Source of the DNA: Planctomycetota bacterium | Lineage (GTDB): Bacteria > Planctomycetota > UBA11346 | Length of the DNA stretch: 64,000 nucleotides | Reading direction: 5' to 3' | Assembly: GCA_038213805.1 (NCBI GenBank) | Contig: JBBQSO010000004.1 | Coordinates: 52,337 to 116,336, forward strand | Shown here: one piece after another, positions 1 to 9,358 of the stretch | Numbering within the stretch: position 1 is the first letter of the stretch | Layout: the number at the start of each line of letters is the position of its first letter | Position numbers and translations under genes: made by a program | The notes under the pieces: generated by a model | Database searches by the model: none | What the model was told of the DNA's origin: nothing | What the model saw: the letters and a program-made list of their open reading frames with translations, nothing else

Positions 1-67
1 GCAGGTCGTGAATAATGGCGGTGGCCTGTGCGGAAGCAGGGGCGACGCAAACGGCGGTGTGGCTCAT
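1..67 (-). CDS. 5' fragment of a gene running off the left edge (MSHTAVCVAPASAQATAIIHDL...), resembling the N-terminus of general-stress-protein-like membrane proteins
   Basis: ATG at 67-65 preceded by CAGGGA; open to the window edge. Only 22 codons are visible, so the product is tentative. Confidence 0.4.
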   Translation of the reverse strand, partial: MSHTAVCVAPASAQATAIIHDL

Positions 68-253
68 GATTCCCTGTAGCCGGTGGGTCGACGAGGCAGC
101 AGCCGTCGCCGGTATCGTGGCCGGGTGCTTAAGGTCTGGACGCGACGCGCTGTTCAGGCGCGCGCAGCGAGAGGTTCGACGCAGCAGAGGCGGCAGTGTC
201 CTACGCGCGTGCCACGGAAGAGGGCGCCTGGCGCTGTAATAGTATGCAAATGG

Positions 254-291
254 TTAAAAATAAACGACCTGCGACGGTATCGCAGGTCGTT
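254..291 (-). terminator. Intrinsic (Rho-independent) terminator downstream of the MerR-family gene
   Basis: Perfect 12-bp inverted repeat AACGACCTGCGA (263-274) / TCGCAGGTCGTT (280-291) with a 5-nt loop, followed on the minus strand by TATTTTT. Confidence 0.85.
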
Positions 292-367
292 CAGCGGTTC
301 GGGTCTAGGCCGACCCGCGGTATACTCCGAGCCAGCCCGCACCCAGAGGCGATGCGGGCAGGCGGAC

Positions 368-1216
368 TCAGGCCACCGCGGAATGGACCACGTGGTCCTG
401 CGCGGTGCGCAGGTCGAATGCCGCTGCGAGCAGCTCGGCGAGCGGCAGGGTGCCAGGGCTGCCCAGAGCCGTGATGCGCAGGGATCCTTCGCGCGCTGGT
501 TCGTCATCGGCCTCGATGCCAACCTCGATCGCCGGGGCGAGGGCGCCGTCGGCCACCGCATCAGCGCGCCGCACCACCGCCACGCCGCGCGCGGCGAGGA
601 GCAGGGCGGTGAGGTCGGCGAGCGGCTCGGCAGCCTCGCCGAGCGCGACCACCTGGGTCACCGCGCCGCGCACCGGATGGCGGCGCAACAGCTGCCGGCA
701 GCGTTCGCTGGCGAGCTGGATGAGGCTCTCCTGCTGCGGCAGGGTACGGCCGTGATGGTGCAGTTCGGCCAAGCCGATCAGCAGCGGCGCGAGCACCGCG
801 CCGATCTCGTCGCTTGGGCGCAGGTCGATGGGCGCGAGCTGGACGATCTCCAGGGCGCGTCCGGAGTGCTGGTGTTCCATGGCTTCCATCAGCTGGTCGC
901 GCAGGCTTCTGGCGCGGCGGTCGGCGCTGGCCGGCAGGGCGCGCGCGTGATCGAGGCGCAGATGCACCTCGCGGCCAGGGATGGCGGGCCAGCGCGGCAG
1001 GCCGTCGATGATCAGCTTGCTGATCGCCATGCCGCCGCGCACCAGCTCGGCGGCGTGCTTGAGTTCTTCGAGGTCGTGGGCCGAGAATACGCGGTAGCCG
1101 TTGCGCAGGCGCTTTGGGCAGGGCCAGCCGTAGCGGGTCTCCCACACGCGCAGGACGCTGGGGGCGAGGCCGCTGATGCGCGCGGCGTGGCTGATGCTGT
1201 AGGTCGTGTCGGGCAT
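368..1216 (-). CDS. MerR-family transcriptional regulator, CarH/LitR-like, with a degenerate cobalamin-binding region
   Basis: N-terminal YSISHAARISGLAPSVLRVWETRYG...R..NGYRVFS is the CarA/CarH-type MerR HTH (RxWERRY-like), followed by helix-bundle and Rossmann-like regions; AGGAGG RBS upstream. Confidence 0.85.
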   Translation of the reverse strand: MPDTTYSISHAARISGLAPSVLRVWETRYGWPCPKRLRNGYRVFSAHDLEELKHAAELVRGGMAISKLIIDGLPRWPAIPGREVHLRLDHARALPASADRRARSLRDQLMEAMEHQHSGRALEIVQLAPIDLRPSDEIGAVLAPLLIGLAELHHHGRTLPQQESLIQLASERCRQLLRRHPVRGAVTQVVALGEAAEPLADLTALLLAARGVAVVRRADAVADGALAPAIEVGIEADDEPAREGSLRITALGSPGTLPLAELLAAAFDLRTAQDHVVHSAVA

Positions 1217-1520
1217 GGCGGATTCCTCCTGGTGACCGTTATGGACGTTTTATCGAGGTACGTAAAAGAATCAAACACGGATTTGACCAATTTTTTGCCC
1301 TGCGGCTGGCCATGCGTCTGGCAAGCCCACGAACCTGATCGCCGATTCTGGACGATTTGACCGTATTACGATTCAACCCCCATGGCTGTTTGAGGGCGGT
1401 ATCCGGACTGACGGCATGTAACTGGTCGGCTTACCGGCCAGACTCCTAGCCTAGCGCCGCGCGTGCCGAAACCGCTTGGCGACACCCCTGCTCGCGGAGG
1501 GGCGGCGCGACCGCCGTCGT

Positions 1521-2531
1521 TCATGAGCCGCGCGCGATCACCAGGTCGGCCGCCGCCAGTCCCGACAGCGCGGCGCCCTCGATGCGCGGGCGCGCGCCGA
1601 AGGCGTCGCCAGCCAGGATCACGCGCGCCGCGGCATCCACCGCCAGGCATGGCTCGACCAGGGTGGTGGTAGCCAGGCTGTACCGCCAACGCTTGAGGTC
1701 CGTGGTCGCTGGCGCGTCCCAGGTGCCGGCAGCACCGGCGCGCCGCAGCGCGGCGGTGAGCGCGGGCACCAGCGCAGTGATCACCGCGGCCGGTTCGTCG
1801 TCATAATGCGCGCGGCTCCAGTCGCCGTTGGCGTGCACCACCAGCCCTTCACCGCTGGTGCGCAGGCCCTTGCCGCGCTGGCTGGCGATCCAGCCGATGG
1901 GTCCGTCGGTCAGACGCATGCCGCCTGGCGCCGGCAGCGCCGCGCCCATGGCCTGCGGATAGTCGAGCAGCAGGCATAGGCACGGCGCATAGGCGACGCC
2001 ATCCAGGCGGCGGCGCAGCGCGGGCGCGAGCGGTGTGCCGCCTGCATCGAGCAGCGCCAGCGTCTGCGCCACCGGCGCGGTGGCGATCAACGTGTCGGCG
2101 CGCCAGGTGCAGCCCGCGGCGTGGGCGGTCGCGGCGTCGCCGTCGCTGGCGATGGCGGTGATGGTGGTGTCGAGCTCGACAGTCAGCCCGACGGCGAGGT
2201 GCTTGGCGAGGTGCGTCATGCCGCCGGGTGCGCGGTAACGCGGAAAGCCGTCCGCGGCCACGCGGCCATCGTCAGAAAGGAAGCCGCGGCCCCATTCTGC
2301 CACCGCTCCAGCGCGTTCCCATTCCGCCACCAGGGCGGCAAAGCGCGGCTCGCGCACGCTCAGGAACTGGCCGCCGTGGTCGAACACCTGGCCAGCGATG
2401 CGCCGCGTCGCGAGCCGTCCACCGACCCCGCGGCCCTTGTCGAGCACGGTCACCGTCCAGCCGGCATTGCGCAGGCTGCGCGCGGCGAGCAGGCCGCTGA
2501 TGCCGGCGCCGAGGACGATGGCAGTGGGCAT
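1521..2531 (-). CDS. NAD(P)/FAD-dependent oxidoreductase, renalase-like
   Basis: GAGISG dinucleotide motif, DKGRGVGGRLATRR, FDHGGQF, RWRYS and GDAF...IEGAALSG; start taken at MPTAIV. Confidence 0.85.
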   Translation of the reverse strand: MPTAIVLGAGISGLLAARSLRNAGWTVTVLDKGRGVGGRLATRRIAGQVFDHGGQFLSVREPRFAALVAEWERAGAVAEWGRGFLSDDGRVAADGFPRYRAPGGMTHLAKHLAVGLTVELDTTITAIASDGDAATAHAAGCTWRADTLIATAPVAQTLALLDAGGTPLAPALRRRLDGVAYAPCLCLLLDYPQAMGAALPAPGGMRLTDGPIGWIASQRGKGLRTSGEGLVVHANGDWSRAHYDDEPAAVITALVPALTAALRRAGAAGTWDAPATTDLKRWRYSLATTTLVEPCLAVDAAARVILAGDAFGARPRIEGAALSGLAAADLVIARGS

Positions 2532-2706
2532 GGCGCTGCGCTCCGCGGCGCAGCATCGCACGGTGTTGGCGCGCACGCCAGTGCGCAGCGCCGCATCATC
2601 ACGACCCGCGCGCAGCGCGGCGCCCTGCGGTTTGCATGGCTGCACCGCGCGCGCGGCCTGCGCATCGCACCCCACCTGCGCGCTGCGCCCCGCACCATCA
2701 GTGAGG

Positions 2707-3543
2707 TCAGATTTGCAGGTGGATGTCGAGTCCGGCCTCGGCGATCTGCAGAGTCTCCTCCGCATGCCCGGTCCAGCCCAGCGCCTGAGACAGCTGCGCC
2801 GCGGCTGCGACGACCATGGCGGTGACCGGAGCGAGGCGCTCGTAAGGCAGGCGGGCGGAGGTGGTGATGATGCCGAGCGCGGCGATCACGCGATCGGCGC
2901 GGTCGCGGACCGGCGCGGCGATGCAGCGCACGTCGCTCTGCAGCTCGCCGTCGTCGACGGCGAAACCCTGGCGGCGCACGAGCTCGAGTTCGGCCTCAAG
3001 GCGGGGGCGCGAAGTCAGGGTGCGCTCGGTGCGGCGCTCGAAGGTCACCGCGGCGAGCAGCAGGTCCGCAGCCGACCTGACGGAGAAGGCGAGCAGCACC
3101 TTGCCAGGCGCCGAGCAGTGCAGCGGCACGGCACTGCCGGCGTCGGCCGAGAGCGTGGCCGGATGCGGGCAGTCGCAGGTGTCCAGCAGGAAGATGCTCT
3201 GGTCCTGGGCGACGGCGACGTGGGCGGCCTCGCCACTGGCCGCGACCAGCTGCTTCAGCACGCCTTGGGCATTGGCGTGCAGCTCAAGTTTGGTCAAGGC
3301 GGCCAGTCCAACCTGCACCACGCCCATGCCGCAGCGATAGAGGCCCTTGTCCTCAGACGCGAAGCCGGTGTGGCAAAAACTCCGCAACATCCTGTAAGCG
3401 CTCGTTTTAGGGACGCCGGTCAGACGGCTGACCTCACCCAGGCTGGTGCCCTGCGGACGCTTGCCGAGCAGGGCCAGCACGGCGCAGCTCTTGATCACGT
3501 TGGGGATGGTGTGGGCGGGCACGGGCGGGCGGGCGTTTTCCAT
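2707..3543 (-). CDS. IclR-family transcriptional regulator
   Basis: HTH (LGEVSRLTGVPKTSAYRML) and C-terminal LHCSAPGKVLLAF...GFAVDDGE...CIAAPV signature. Confidence 0.92.
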   Translation of the reverse strand: MENARPPVPAHTIPNVIKSCAVLALLGKRPQGTSLGEVSRLTGVPKTSAYRMLRSFCHTGFASEDKGLYRCGMGVVQVGLAALTKLELHANAQGVLKQLVAASGEAAHVAVAQDQSIFLLDTCDCPHPATLSADAGSAVPLHCSAPGKVLLAFSVRSAADLLLAAVTFERRTERTLTSRPRLEAELELVRRQGFAVDDGELQSDVRCIAAPVRDRADRVIAALGIITTSARLPYERLAPVTAMVVAAAAQLSQALGWTGHAEETLQIAEAGLDIHLQI

Positions 3544-3552
3544 ACCTGGAAA
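3537..3552. promoter_or_regulatory. Palindrome TTTCCA-N4-TGGAAA over the IclR start codon; candidate autoregulatory operator
   Basis: Perfect 6-4-6 inverted repeat; its half-sites resemble described IclR-family boxes. Confidence 0.4.
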
Positions 3553-3705
3553 CAGCGATCGGGGGGTGAGGTTAACAGGGACTTGTCGCAGTCCTCGGGT
3601 CGCGTGCGGATGGGAACGTCCCACCCGTGGCCAGAGCAGCCAGCCCCCGAAGGTCAGCCACGTCGCGTCTGGTCGACGTGGCGGAGAAAATACCCAGAAG
3701 TGCGA

Positions 3706-4593
3706 TCAGGCGCGGCGGCGGGTGGCCTTGAGGCCGAGGAAGCCGCGCGCGAATGCGGAGAGTTCGCCCATCGAGCCGGCGAGGTGGAGGTTGCCGGCGC
3801 TGCACAGTCCCGCCTGCGCGAGCTGGCCGAGGGCCGGACCAGCGACCACCAGCGGCACGTTCTCGAGTTCGGCGGCGAAGCGGCGGATGTGCTTGACGGT
3901 GGCGACGTGGTCCTTGATCACGGTTACCGTGCGCCAAATCAGCTTCGGGCGATGGCGGATCATGGCGGCGCGCAACACGCTGCAGGTGGTCAGCGGGCCC
4001 AGGTTGATGGTGCGCCAGCCGCACTCGGCGAGGGTGACCGCGGCCATCAGCGAGGGCAACGCGCACGGATCGTCGCTCCAGGTCGCGCCGATCGCTGCGG
4101 GCGCCTGCGGGCCGGGTTCGGGCAGCAGCTGGCGCAGCGACTCGAGCGCCTGCTTGCAGATCGCCACCGCCACGTGGTGGGCGGCGACGCCCTCCTCGCC
4201 CTCCTTGAGCAGGGCGCAGAAGCGGCCCATGGCGCAGCGCAGGGCGCCGTCGCACAGCGTGGCGATGTTCTGACCGTCGACGAAGGCGGCCTGGAGCAGG
4301 GCGCGCGCCTGGCCCGCATCGCCGTCGAAGAGCGCCCGGTAGAGGCGGTCGTCGGGCTGGTGGCAGGCGGCCACTGCGCCCACCGCCACGTCCAGGCCGA
4401 GGCAGGCGGCATTGCGCACCGCGACCTTGCCCGAGCGGGCGAAGCGGACCGCCTCTTGCAGGGGGATGCGGCGGTGACCACCGGCGGTGCGGCTGACGGC
4501 GATCTCACCGTCATCGATCCAGCGCTTGAGCGAGGACTCGCTCAGGCCGATCGCCTGGGCCAGTTCGCGGGGTGATAGGAAGGCTTTGGTCAT
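3706..4593 (-). CDS. Excisionase/MerR-like HTH protein with a B12-binding-like C-terminal region (CarH-like architecture)
   Basis: LSPRELAQAIGLSESSLKRWIDDG...RTAGGHRRI HTH; C-terminal DDPCALPSLMA...GWRTINLG...VVAGP resembles the B12-binding Rossmann domain. Confidence 0.8.
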   Translation of the reverse strand: MTKAFLSPRELAQAIGLSESSLKRWIDDGEIAVSRTAGGHRRIPLQEAVRFARSGKVAVRNAACLGLDVAVGAVAACHQPDDRLYRALFDGDAGQARALLQAAFVDGQNIATLCDGALRCAMGRFCALLKEGEEGVAAHHVAVAICKQALESLRQLLPEPGPQAPAAIGATWSDDPCALPSLMAAVTLAECGWRTINLGPLTTCSVLRAAMIRHRPKLIWRTVTVIKDHVATVKHIRRFAAELENVPLVVAGPALGQLAQAGLCSAGNLHLAGSMGELSAFARGFLGLKATRRRA

Positions 4594-4668
4594 GGCGCGA
4601 TCTGCTCTTTTAGAGCCCGTGCCACGGCGGGCAACGGCGGAACCGGCAGGCTGCCACGGGTCGCCTCT

Positions 4669-5280
4669 TCACCCGTTCCACAGCGTGCGCTTCATGCCGA
4701 TCAGGGTGAACAGTTCGAGGCGGCTGGGGGGGTTGTCGAGGAACACCCCGTGCAGCTTGCTGGTGGTGGTCCACGAGCCGGGCTTCTTCACGCCGCGGTA
4801 GCACATGCAGAAGTGCTGGCACTGCATGATCACCGCCACGCCCTGGGGGTGCAGCACGTCCTGGATGGTGTCGGCGATCTGGGTGGTGAGCTTTTCCTGG
4901 ATCTGCAGGCGGCGCGAGAAGGCGTCGACCACGCGCGCGAGCTTGGACAGGCCCACCACCCGGCCCTTGGGGATGTAGGCGACGTGGGCCTTGCCGACGA
5001 ACGGCACCATGTGGTGCTCGCAGTGGCTGTGCACGTCGATGTCGCTGACCAGGACGAGTTCCTCGTAGCCGCCGACGTCCTCGAAGGTGCGCTCAAGGAA
5101 GGAGCGCGGATCGACGGCGTAGCCGCCAAAGTGTTCGGCCATGGCCTTGACCACGCGGCGGGGCGTGTCGACCAGACCTTCGCGGTTGGGGTCCTCGCCC
5201 ATGTGGCGCAGCAGGCCGCGCACATGGCCCATGGCCTCCTGCACGGCGGGGTCTTCCGGATCGATTTCATGGTCGGACAT
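4669..5280 (-). CDS. folE: GTP cyclohydrolase I
   Basis: [50 protein letters not shown]. Confidence 0.97.
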   Translation of the reverse strand: MSDHEIDPEDPAVQEAMGHVRGLLRHMGEDPNREGLVDTPRRVVKAMAEHFGGYAVDPRSFLERTFEDVGGYEELVLVSDIDVHSHCEHHMVPFVGKAHVAYIPKGRVVGLSKLARVVDAFSRRLQIQEKLTTQIADTIQDVLHPQGVAVIMQCQHFCMCYRGVKKPGSWTTTSKLHGVFLDNPPSRLELFTLIGMKRTLWNG

Positions 5281-5344
5281 GGAAGAGCAGTCTGGGCGCG
5301 CCAAGCTGGGTTTCCACCGGCGAAGGTGCCAGGGTGCGGCGTGC

Positions 5345-5779
5345 TCAGCCCGGCTGGTCGATCATCTCGATGCGGCGCTGGTGACGGCCGCCTTCGAAGG
5401 GCGTCTCGAGCCAGACGTCGACGATGGCCAGGGCGAGCTCGGTACTGACCAGGCGCGCGCCCAGGGCGATGGCGTTGGCGTCATTGTGGGCGCGGCCCAG
5501 CCTGGCGGTCTCGACATTGAAACAGTACGCGCAGCGCACCCCCGCGACGCGGTTGGCGACGATCGCCTCGCCGTTGCCGGAGCCACCCAGGACGATGGCG
5601 CGCGCGCAGCTGCCGGCGGCCACCGCCTCCGCGGCCGGGCGCATGAAGCGCGGGTAATCGCAGGGGTCGGGGGTGTCGGTGCCGAAATCGACGACCTCGT
5701 GGCCGCGCAGGCGCAGGTGGGCGGCGATCGGCCCCTTGAGCGGGAAACCGGCGTGGTCGGTGGCGAGGGCGATGCGCAT
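5345..5779 (-). CDS. rpiB: Ribose-5-phosphate isomerase B (RpiB/LacA/LacB family)
   Basis: [21 protein letters not shown] (Mycobacterium-type, Glu base), [14 protein letters not shown]. Confidence 0.95.
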   Translation of the reverse strand: MRIALATDHAGFPLKGPIAAHLRLRGHEVVDFGTDTPDPCDYPRFMRPAAEAVAAGSCARAIVLGGSGNGEAIVANRVAGVRCAYCFNVETARLGRAHNDANAIALGARLVSTELALAIVDVWLETPFEGGRHQRRIEMIDQPG

Positions 5780-5841
5780 GGTTGCAGCGTGGCGCCAGGG
5801 GCGGCTGGGCAACGGCCGTGCGCCGCGCGCCCGGTCGTGCG

Positions 5842-6324
5842 CTAGGCAGAGGCCATGGCCGCGCCGCGCGGGCGCAGCATCAGTCTGCGCAGGAAGCGGG
5901 CCAGGCGCGCGGCCGCGGCCGCGTCACGCGGGCGCTCCAGGCAAGCGGTGGCGCCCTCCTGGGCGCAGCGGAAGCGCAGTTCGGGATCGTCTGCGGCGGC
6001 CACCATCACCGTCTGCAGATGGCGCATTTCAGGCGTGTGCCTGATCAGGCGCAGCAGGTCGAGCCCGCGGATGCCCGGCAGGTCGAGATCGATCAGCACC
6101 AGGTCGGGCAGCGGGCCGGCGTCGCCACCCGTGGCCAAGCGCAGCTGGACGACGGCGAGGTGGCCGGTGGTCGCGGTCTCGACGCGCAGGTCGGTGCCGA
6201 GCTCGGCGACCAGTGCGGCGTACTCGCCAGGGCGGCGATCGACGATGAGCAGACCCGGCGCCGGGCTGGGCGCCTCTGCGTGCGGGGCGGGAGGAGCTGT
6301 GAAGATGGGGGGGAAGGTAGACAT
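5842..6324 (-). CDS. Single-domain response regulator (Rcp1-like), atypical receiver
   Basis: PDLVLIDLDLPGIRGLDLLRLIR...GATACLERP receiver fold; start chosen at MSTFPP. Confidence 0.75.
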   Translation of the reverse strand: MSTFPPIFTAPPAPHAEAPSPAPGLLIVDRRPGEYAALVAELGTDLRVETATTGHLAVVQLRLATGGDAGPLPDLVLIDLDLPGIRGLDLLRLIRHTPEMRHLQTVMVAAADDPELRFRCAQEGATACLERPRDAAAAARLARFLRRLMLRPRGAAMASA

Positions 6325-6513
6325 GACTACGGTACCATCGATGGCGGGATGAAGGTGGAATGAAGGGGGGGTCAGGGAATGGGATGGCGAATTGCGATCC
6401 GGTGGACGTCGGATGTGAGCATGCCGGCTCTGGCTTGCGCTGGGTCGGGGTGAACGGGAAGCTGGGGGCTGAAACGGGTGCAGGCCGCGCGAGCGGAGAC
6501 GAGGACGGACGAC

Positions 6514-7788
6514 ATGTCGGCAACCTGGATGCGCGGTGCGGGAATGGTCCTGGCATTGCTGGGATCCGGGGCGGCCGGTGCCGCGGTGGTGGGCGCGGAC
6601 GCGGCGGCGCCGGAGGCGGTGGTGTCCGCCGCGGCCAACGCAGCGTCGTTCGCTGCCTTCGACCGCCGTGCGCGCGCCGGCGAAGCGCTCACCGTGGTGT
6701 TCTTCGGTGGCTCGCTGACCTGGGGCGCGAACGCCACCGACCAGCCGCACACCTCCTACCGTGCGCGCGTCATCGAGCGGCTTGAGGCGGCCTATCCCAG
6801 CGCCCGCTTCACCGGCCACGACGCGGCGATCGGCGGCACCAGCTCCATGCTCGGGGTGTTCCGCCTCGCGCGCGATGTCATGGCGCGCAAGCCCGACCTG
6901 GTGTTCCTCGACTTCTCGGCCAATGACGACATCGGCACCGTCGACGAGGAGACCCTGGCCTCGTACGAGTCACTGGTGCGGCGCATGGTGGTCGCCGGCG
7001 TGCCGGTGGTGCAGGTCATCTTCCCCTTTCAGTGGAACGTCACCGCCGACGCCAAGCCGATGCCGAGGCGCACCGCGCACCAGGCCATCGCCCAGGCCTA
7101 TGGCGTGCCCTCGGGCGATGCCATCGGCCTGATCGCGCAGCGTCTGGTCAGCGGCGCCAGCACGGTCGCCGAGGTGTGGCCCTACGACCCCGTCCATCCC
7201 GGCGACCGCGGCTACGAGCTGTTCGCCGAGGCGGCGTGGGGCGCGCTGCGCGCTGGCATCGACGGCGGCGCGGTGTGCCGCGCCCCGGCGCGCATGCTGC
7301 ACGCCGACACCTGCATGGCGTGGGCGCGGGTGCGCCTCGCCACGCTCGCGCCGCTGCCGGCCGGTTGGAAGGCCGCCCATCCCGACCTGGTGTCGGCCTT
7401 CTACGACATGCTCATGTCGCGCTGGCAGGACGATCAGGCCGTGGCGGAGTCCACCGCGACGAGCGCGCCGGCGCCGTTCGTCTGCACCGTCCAGGCCGGC
7501 ACCGTGCTGATCTTCGGCGAGAGCACGGAGAAGTCCGGCAGCTACCAGGTGCTGATCGACGGCACGGCCCAGGTCCCGCCCGGCAGCAAGACCGGTGCGG
7601 ACATCGATGCCGGCGCCTTTGCGCGCAATGCCCATGGCAACGTCCACCACGTGGTGGTGGTGACGACGACGCTCGATCCGGCACAGCCGCATCATGTGAC
7701 CATCGTCCCGCACCTCGTCGCCGGGCAGGAGCTGCGGCTGGAGAGCATCTGCGTGGCGGGTGGGGCGGCGCGCGTGGTCGCGCCGTAG
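6514..7788 (+). CDS. Secreted SGNH/GDSL hydrolase family protein
   Basis: Signal-peptide-like N-terminus; blocks FFGGSLTWG, AAIGGTSS, DFSAND and DPVHP; GAGGA RBS upstream. Confidence 0.85.
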   Translation: MSATWMRGAGMVLALLGSGAAGAAVVGADAAAPEAVVSAAANAASFAAFDRRARAGEALTVVFFGGSLTWGANATDQPHTSYRARVIERLEAAYPSARFTGHDAAIGGTSSMLGVFRLARDVMARKPDLVFLDFSANDDIGTVDEETLASYESLVRRMVVAGVPVVQVIFPFQWNVTADAKPMPRRTAHQAIAQAYGVPSGDAIGLIAQRLVSGASTVAEVWPYDPVHPGDRGYELFAEAAWGALRAGIDGGAVCRAPARMLHADTCMAWARVRLATLAPLPAGWKAAHPDLVSAFYDMLMSRWQDDQAVAESTATSAPAPFVCTVQAGTVLIFGESTEKSGSYQVLIDGTAQVPPGSKTGADIDAGAFARNAHGNVHHVVVVTTTLDPAQPHHVTIVPHLVAGQELRLESICVAGGAARVVAP

Positions 7789-7797
7789 GAAGTGTGA

Positions 7798-9195
7798 TCA
7801 GCCAGCGGTAGTGGACACGCTTCCGGGATGCGGCGTGCGCGGCTCGGTGCGGCCGGCCGCCAGGCACAGCCCGAGCGTGGTGCAGAACACGTAACTGGTG
7901 GCGGTGTGCCCCGCGAGGTTCTCGAATTGGCCAGCGACCAGGTAGGTGGTGATCAGCGCGGCGGCCATCGCCCAACGCTGTGGCTGGCTGCGGCGGGTGC
8001 GGAATGCGGCGAGAAGCAGCGTTGCGATCCACGCCGCATGCAGCAGCGCCGCCGGGATGCCGTGCTCTGCGGCGATCGCCAGATGACTGTTGTGGGCGTC
8101 CGGAGCCTCTTTCGCGGTGCCGCTGGCATCGTGGAGCGCGAGTTCTGGATAACGCGCGCGATAGGCGTCTTTGTAGGCCTCGGGACCGCCGGTGCCGAGC
8201 AGCGGTGCGTCCGCGATCAGGCTGGCGGTGGTCCGCCAGATCGCCAGGCGGCCGTCATCGCCGCGCGCCACCTCCAGGATGTGGACCGGGGCCAACAGCC
8301 AGGTGTAGGCGGAAAATGCCGCGACCAGGACCAGCGCGGCCGCTGACCCGATCACCAGACCGCGCCAGCCGCGGCCGGCAACCAGCCCGGCACCGACGCC
8401 CGCGGCAGCGGCCAGGAACGCGCTGCGCGCATTGGCGGCCAGCAAGCCGACACAGGCCAGCGTCAGACCGCACCAGCGGCGTACGCGGCCCGCAGCCGTA
8501 TCGACCGTCGGCAGGTGCAGGAAGACCAGGGCCACCATCGCCATGGTGAAGGCCAGGGTGAGGTGCACCGGCGCGAAACCGGTGCTGTGCTGGAAGCGCT
8601 CGCCCAGTGGTGGCGCAGCGATGTGAAACGGCGGTCTGCCGCCCAACCCGATGGTGAACTGCAGCAGCGCCACCACCACCGCCGCCGCGGCGGTCGCCAG
8701 CAGCGCGCGGCAGGCCCACATGCGCACCCGCGCGTCGGCGAATCCCACCTGGGCCAGGTAGAGGGCGATCCAGCTGTCCATCATGCCGAGGCCGCCAAGC
8801 GGATGCGGATGGCGGTGCAGGGCCAGGACGGTCAGCACGCTGAACACTTGCCACGCCGCGAAGGCCGCGGCGCACCAGAAGCCCGGCAGGCGGTGCAGCG
8901 GGGGCCTGGCGAGCAGCGCACCCACCGCCGCGAGGCCATAGGCCAGGTGCATCACCGCCAAGCCCAGGCACAGCGCGGCCAGCGCCGTGGCCACGCCGAT
9001 CTGCATCAGCAGCAGGCCGATGCGCCGGGGGTGGGAGGCGGGGAGGGAGGCGAGGTGGGTGAAGAAGGAGGCGAGGGGCTCACTGGCCTGGACGGACAGC
9101 GGCAATGGCGGCGCGGATGCGCTCACAGGGCGTTCGGCATGCAACACGGTGAGGGGGAAGGTGGGGCTGGCAGTGGACATCGCAATGGTGCGCAT
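7798..9195 (-). CDS. O-antigen ligase/polymerase (WaaL/Wzy_C) family membrane protein
   Basis: About 12 hydrophobic segments; ARSAFLA, GRLAIW...PLLGTGG and DAHNSHLAIAAEHG motifs. Confidence 0.85.
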   Translation of the reverse strand: MRTIAMSTASPTFPLTVLHAERPVSASAPPLPLSVQASEPLASFFTHLASLPASHPRRIGLLLMQIGVATALAALCLGLAVMHLAYGLAAVGALLARPPLHRLPGFWCAAAFAAWQVFSVLTVLALHRHPHPLGGLGMMDSWIALYLAQVGFADARVRMWACRALLATAAAAVVVALLQFTIGLGGRPPFHIAAPPLGERFQHSTGFAPVHLTLAFTMAMVALVFLHLPTVDTAAGRVRRWCGLTLACVGLLAANARSAFLAAAAGVGAGLVAGRGWRGLVIGSAAALVLVAAFSAYTWLLAPVHILEVARGDDGRLAIWRTTASLIADAPLLGTGGPEAYKDAYRARYPELALHDASGTAKEAPDAHNSHLAIAAEHGIPAALLHAAWIATLLLAAFRTRRSQPQRWAMAAALITTYLVAGQFENLAGHTATSYVFCTTLGLCLAAGRTEPRTPHPGSVSTTAG

Positions 9196-9312
9196 GGCAG
9201 GACGGCATCCCGACGTCTATCCAGATGCCGGGATCTTGGGACGCGGTGCGTCAGATATAGCAGCCATCACCTCAGCGCTCCAGCGGCGGGCCGCAGGGCC
9301 GGGCGCAGACAC

Positions 9313-9344
9313 GCCCCTCCTGCGACGCACGGCGGAGGAGGGGC
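9313..9344 (-). terminator. GC-rich hairpin just downstream of the transaldolase stop (terminator-like or mRNA 3'-protecting)
   Basis: GCCCCTCCT (9313-9321) / AGGAGGGGC (9336-9344); no U-tract. Confidence 0.4.
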
Positions 9345-9358
9345 CTGAATGACTTGCT

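Noticed and set aside
83..1360. 425-aa plus-strand ORF
   Set aside because: Antisense shadow of the MerR gene; no motifs; typical of high-GC DNA.
2398..4575. 725-aa plus-strand ORF
   Set aside because: Overlaps three well-supported minus-strand genes antisense; low-complexity translation.
3706..4593. Excisionase-like HTH as a sign of a prophage or ICE
   Set aside because: No integrase, att site or phage genes; the HTH is fused to a sensory domain.
5345..5779. rpiB as a dedicated ribose-5-P supplier for the octose transaldolase
   Set aside because: Housekeeping gene in a different transcription unit, separated by unrelated genes; proximity alone is not evidence.
6307..6371. Two G7 runs near the response regulator start as phase-variation tracts or a G-quadruplex
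   Set aside because: Too short to be significant at about 70% GC.
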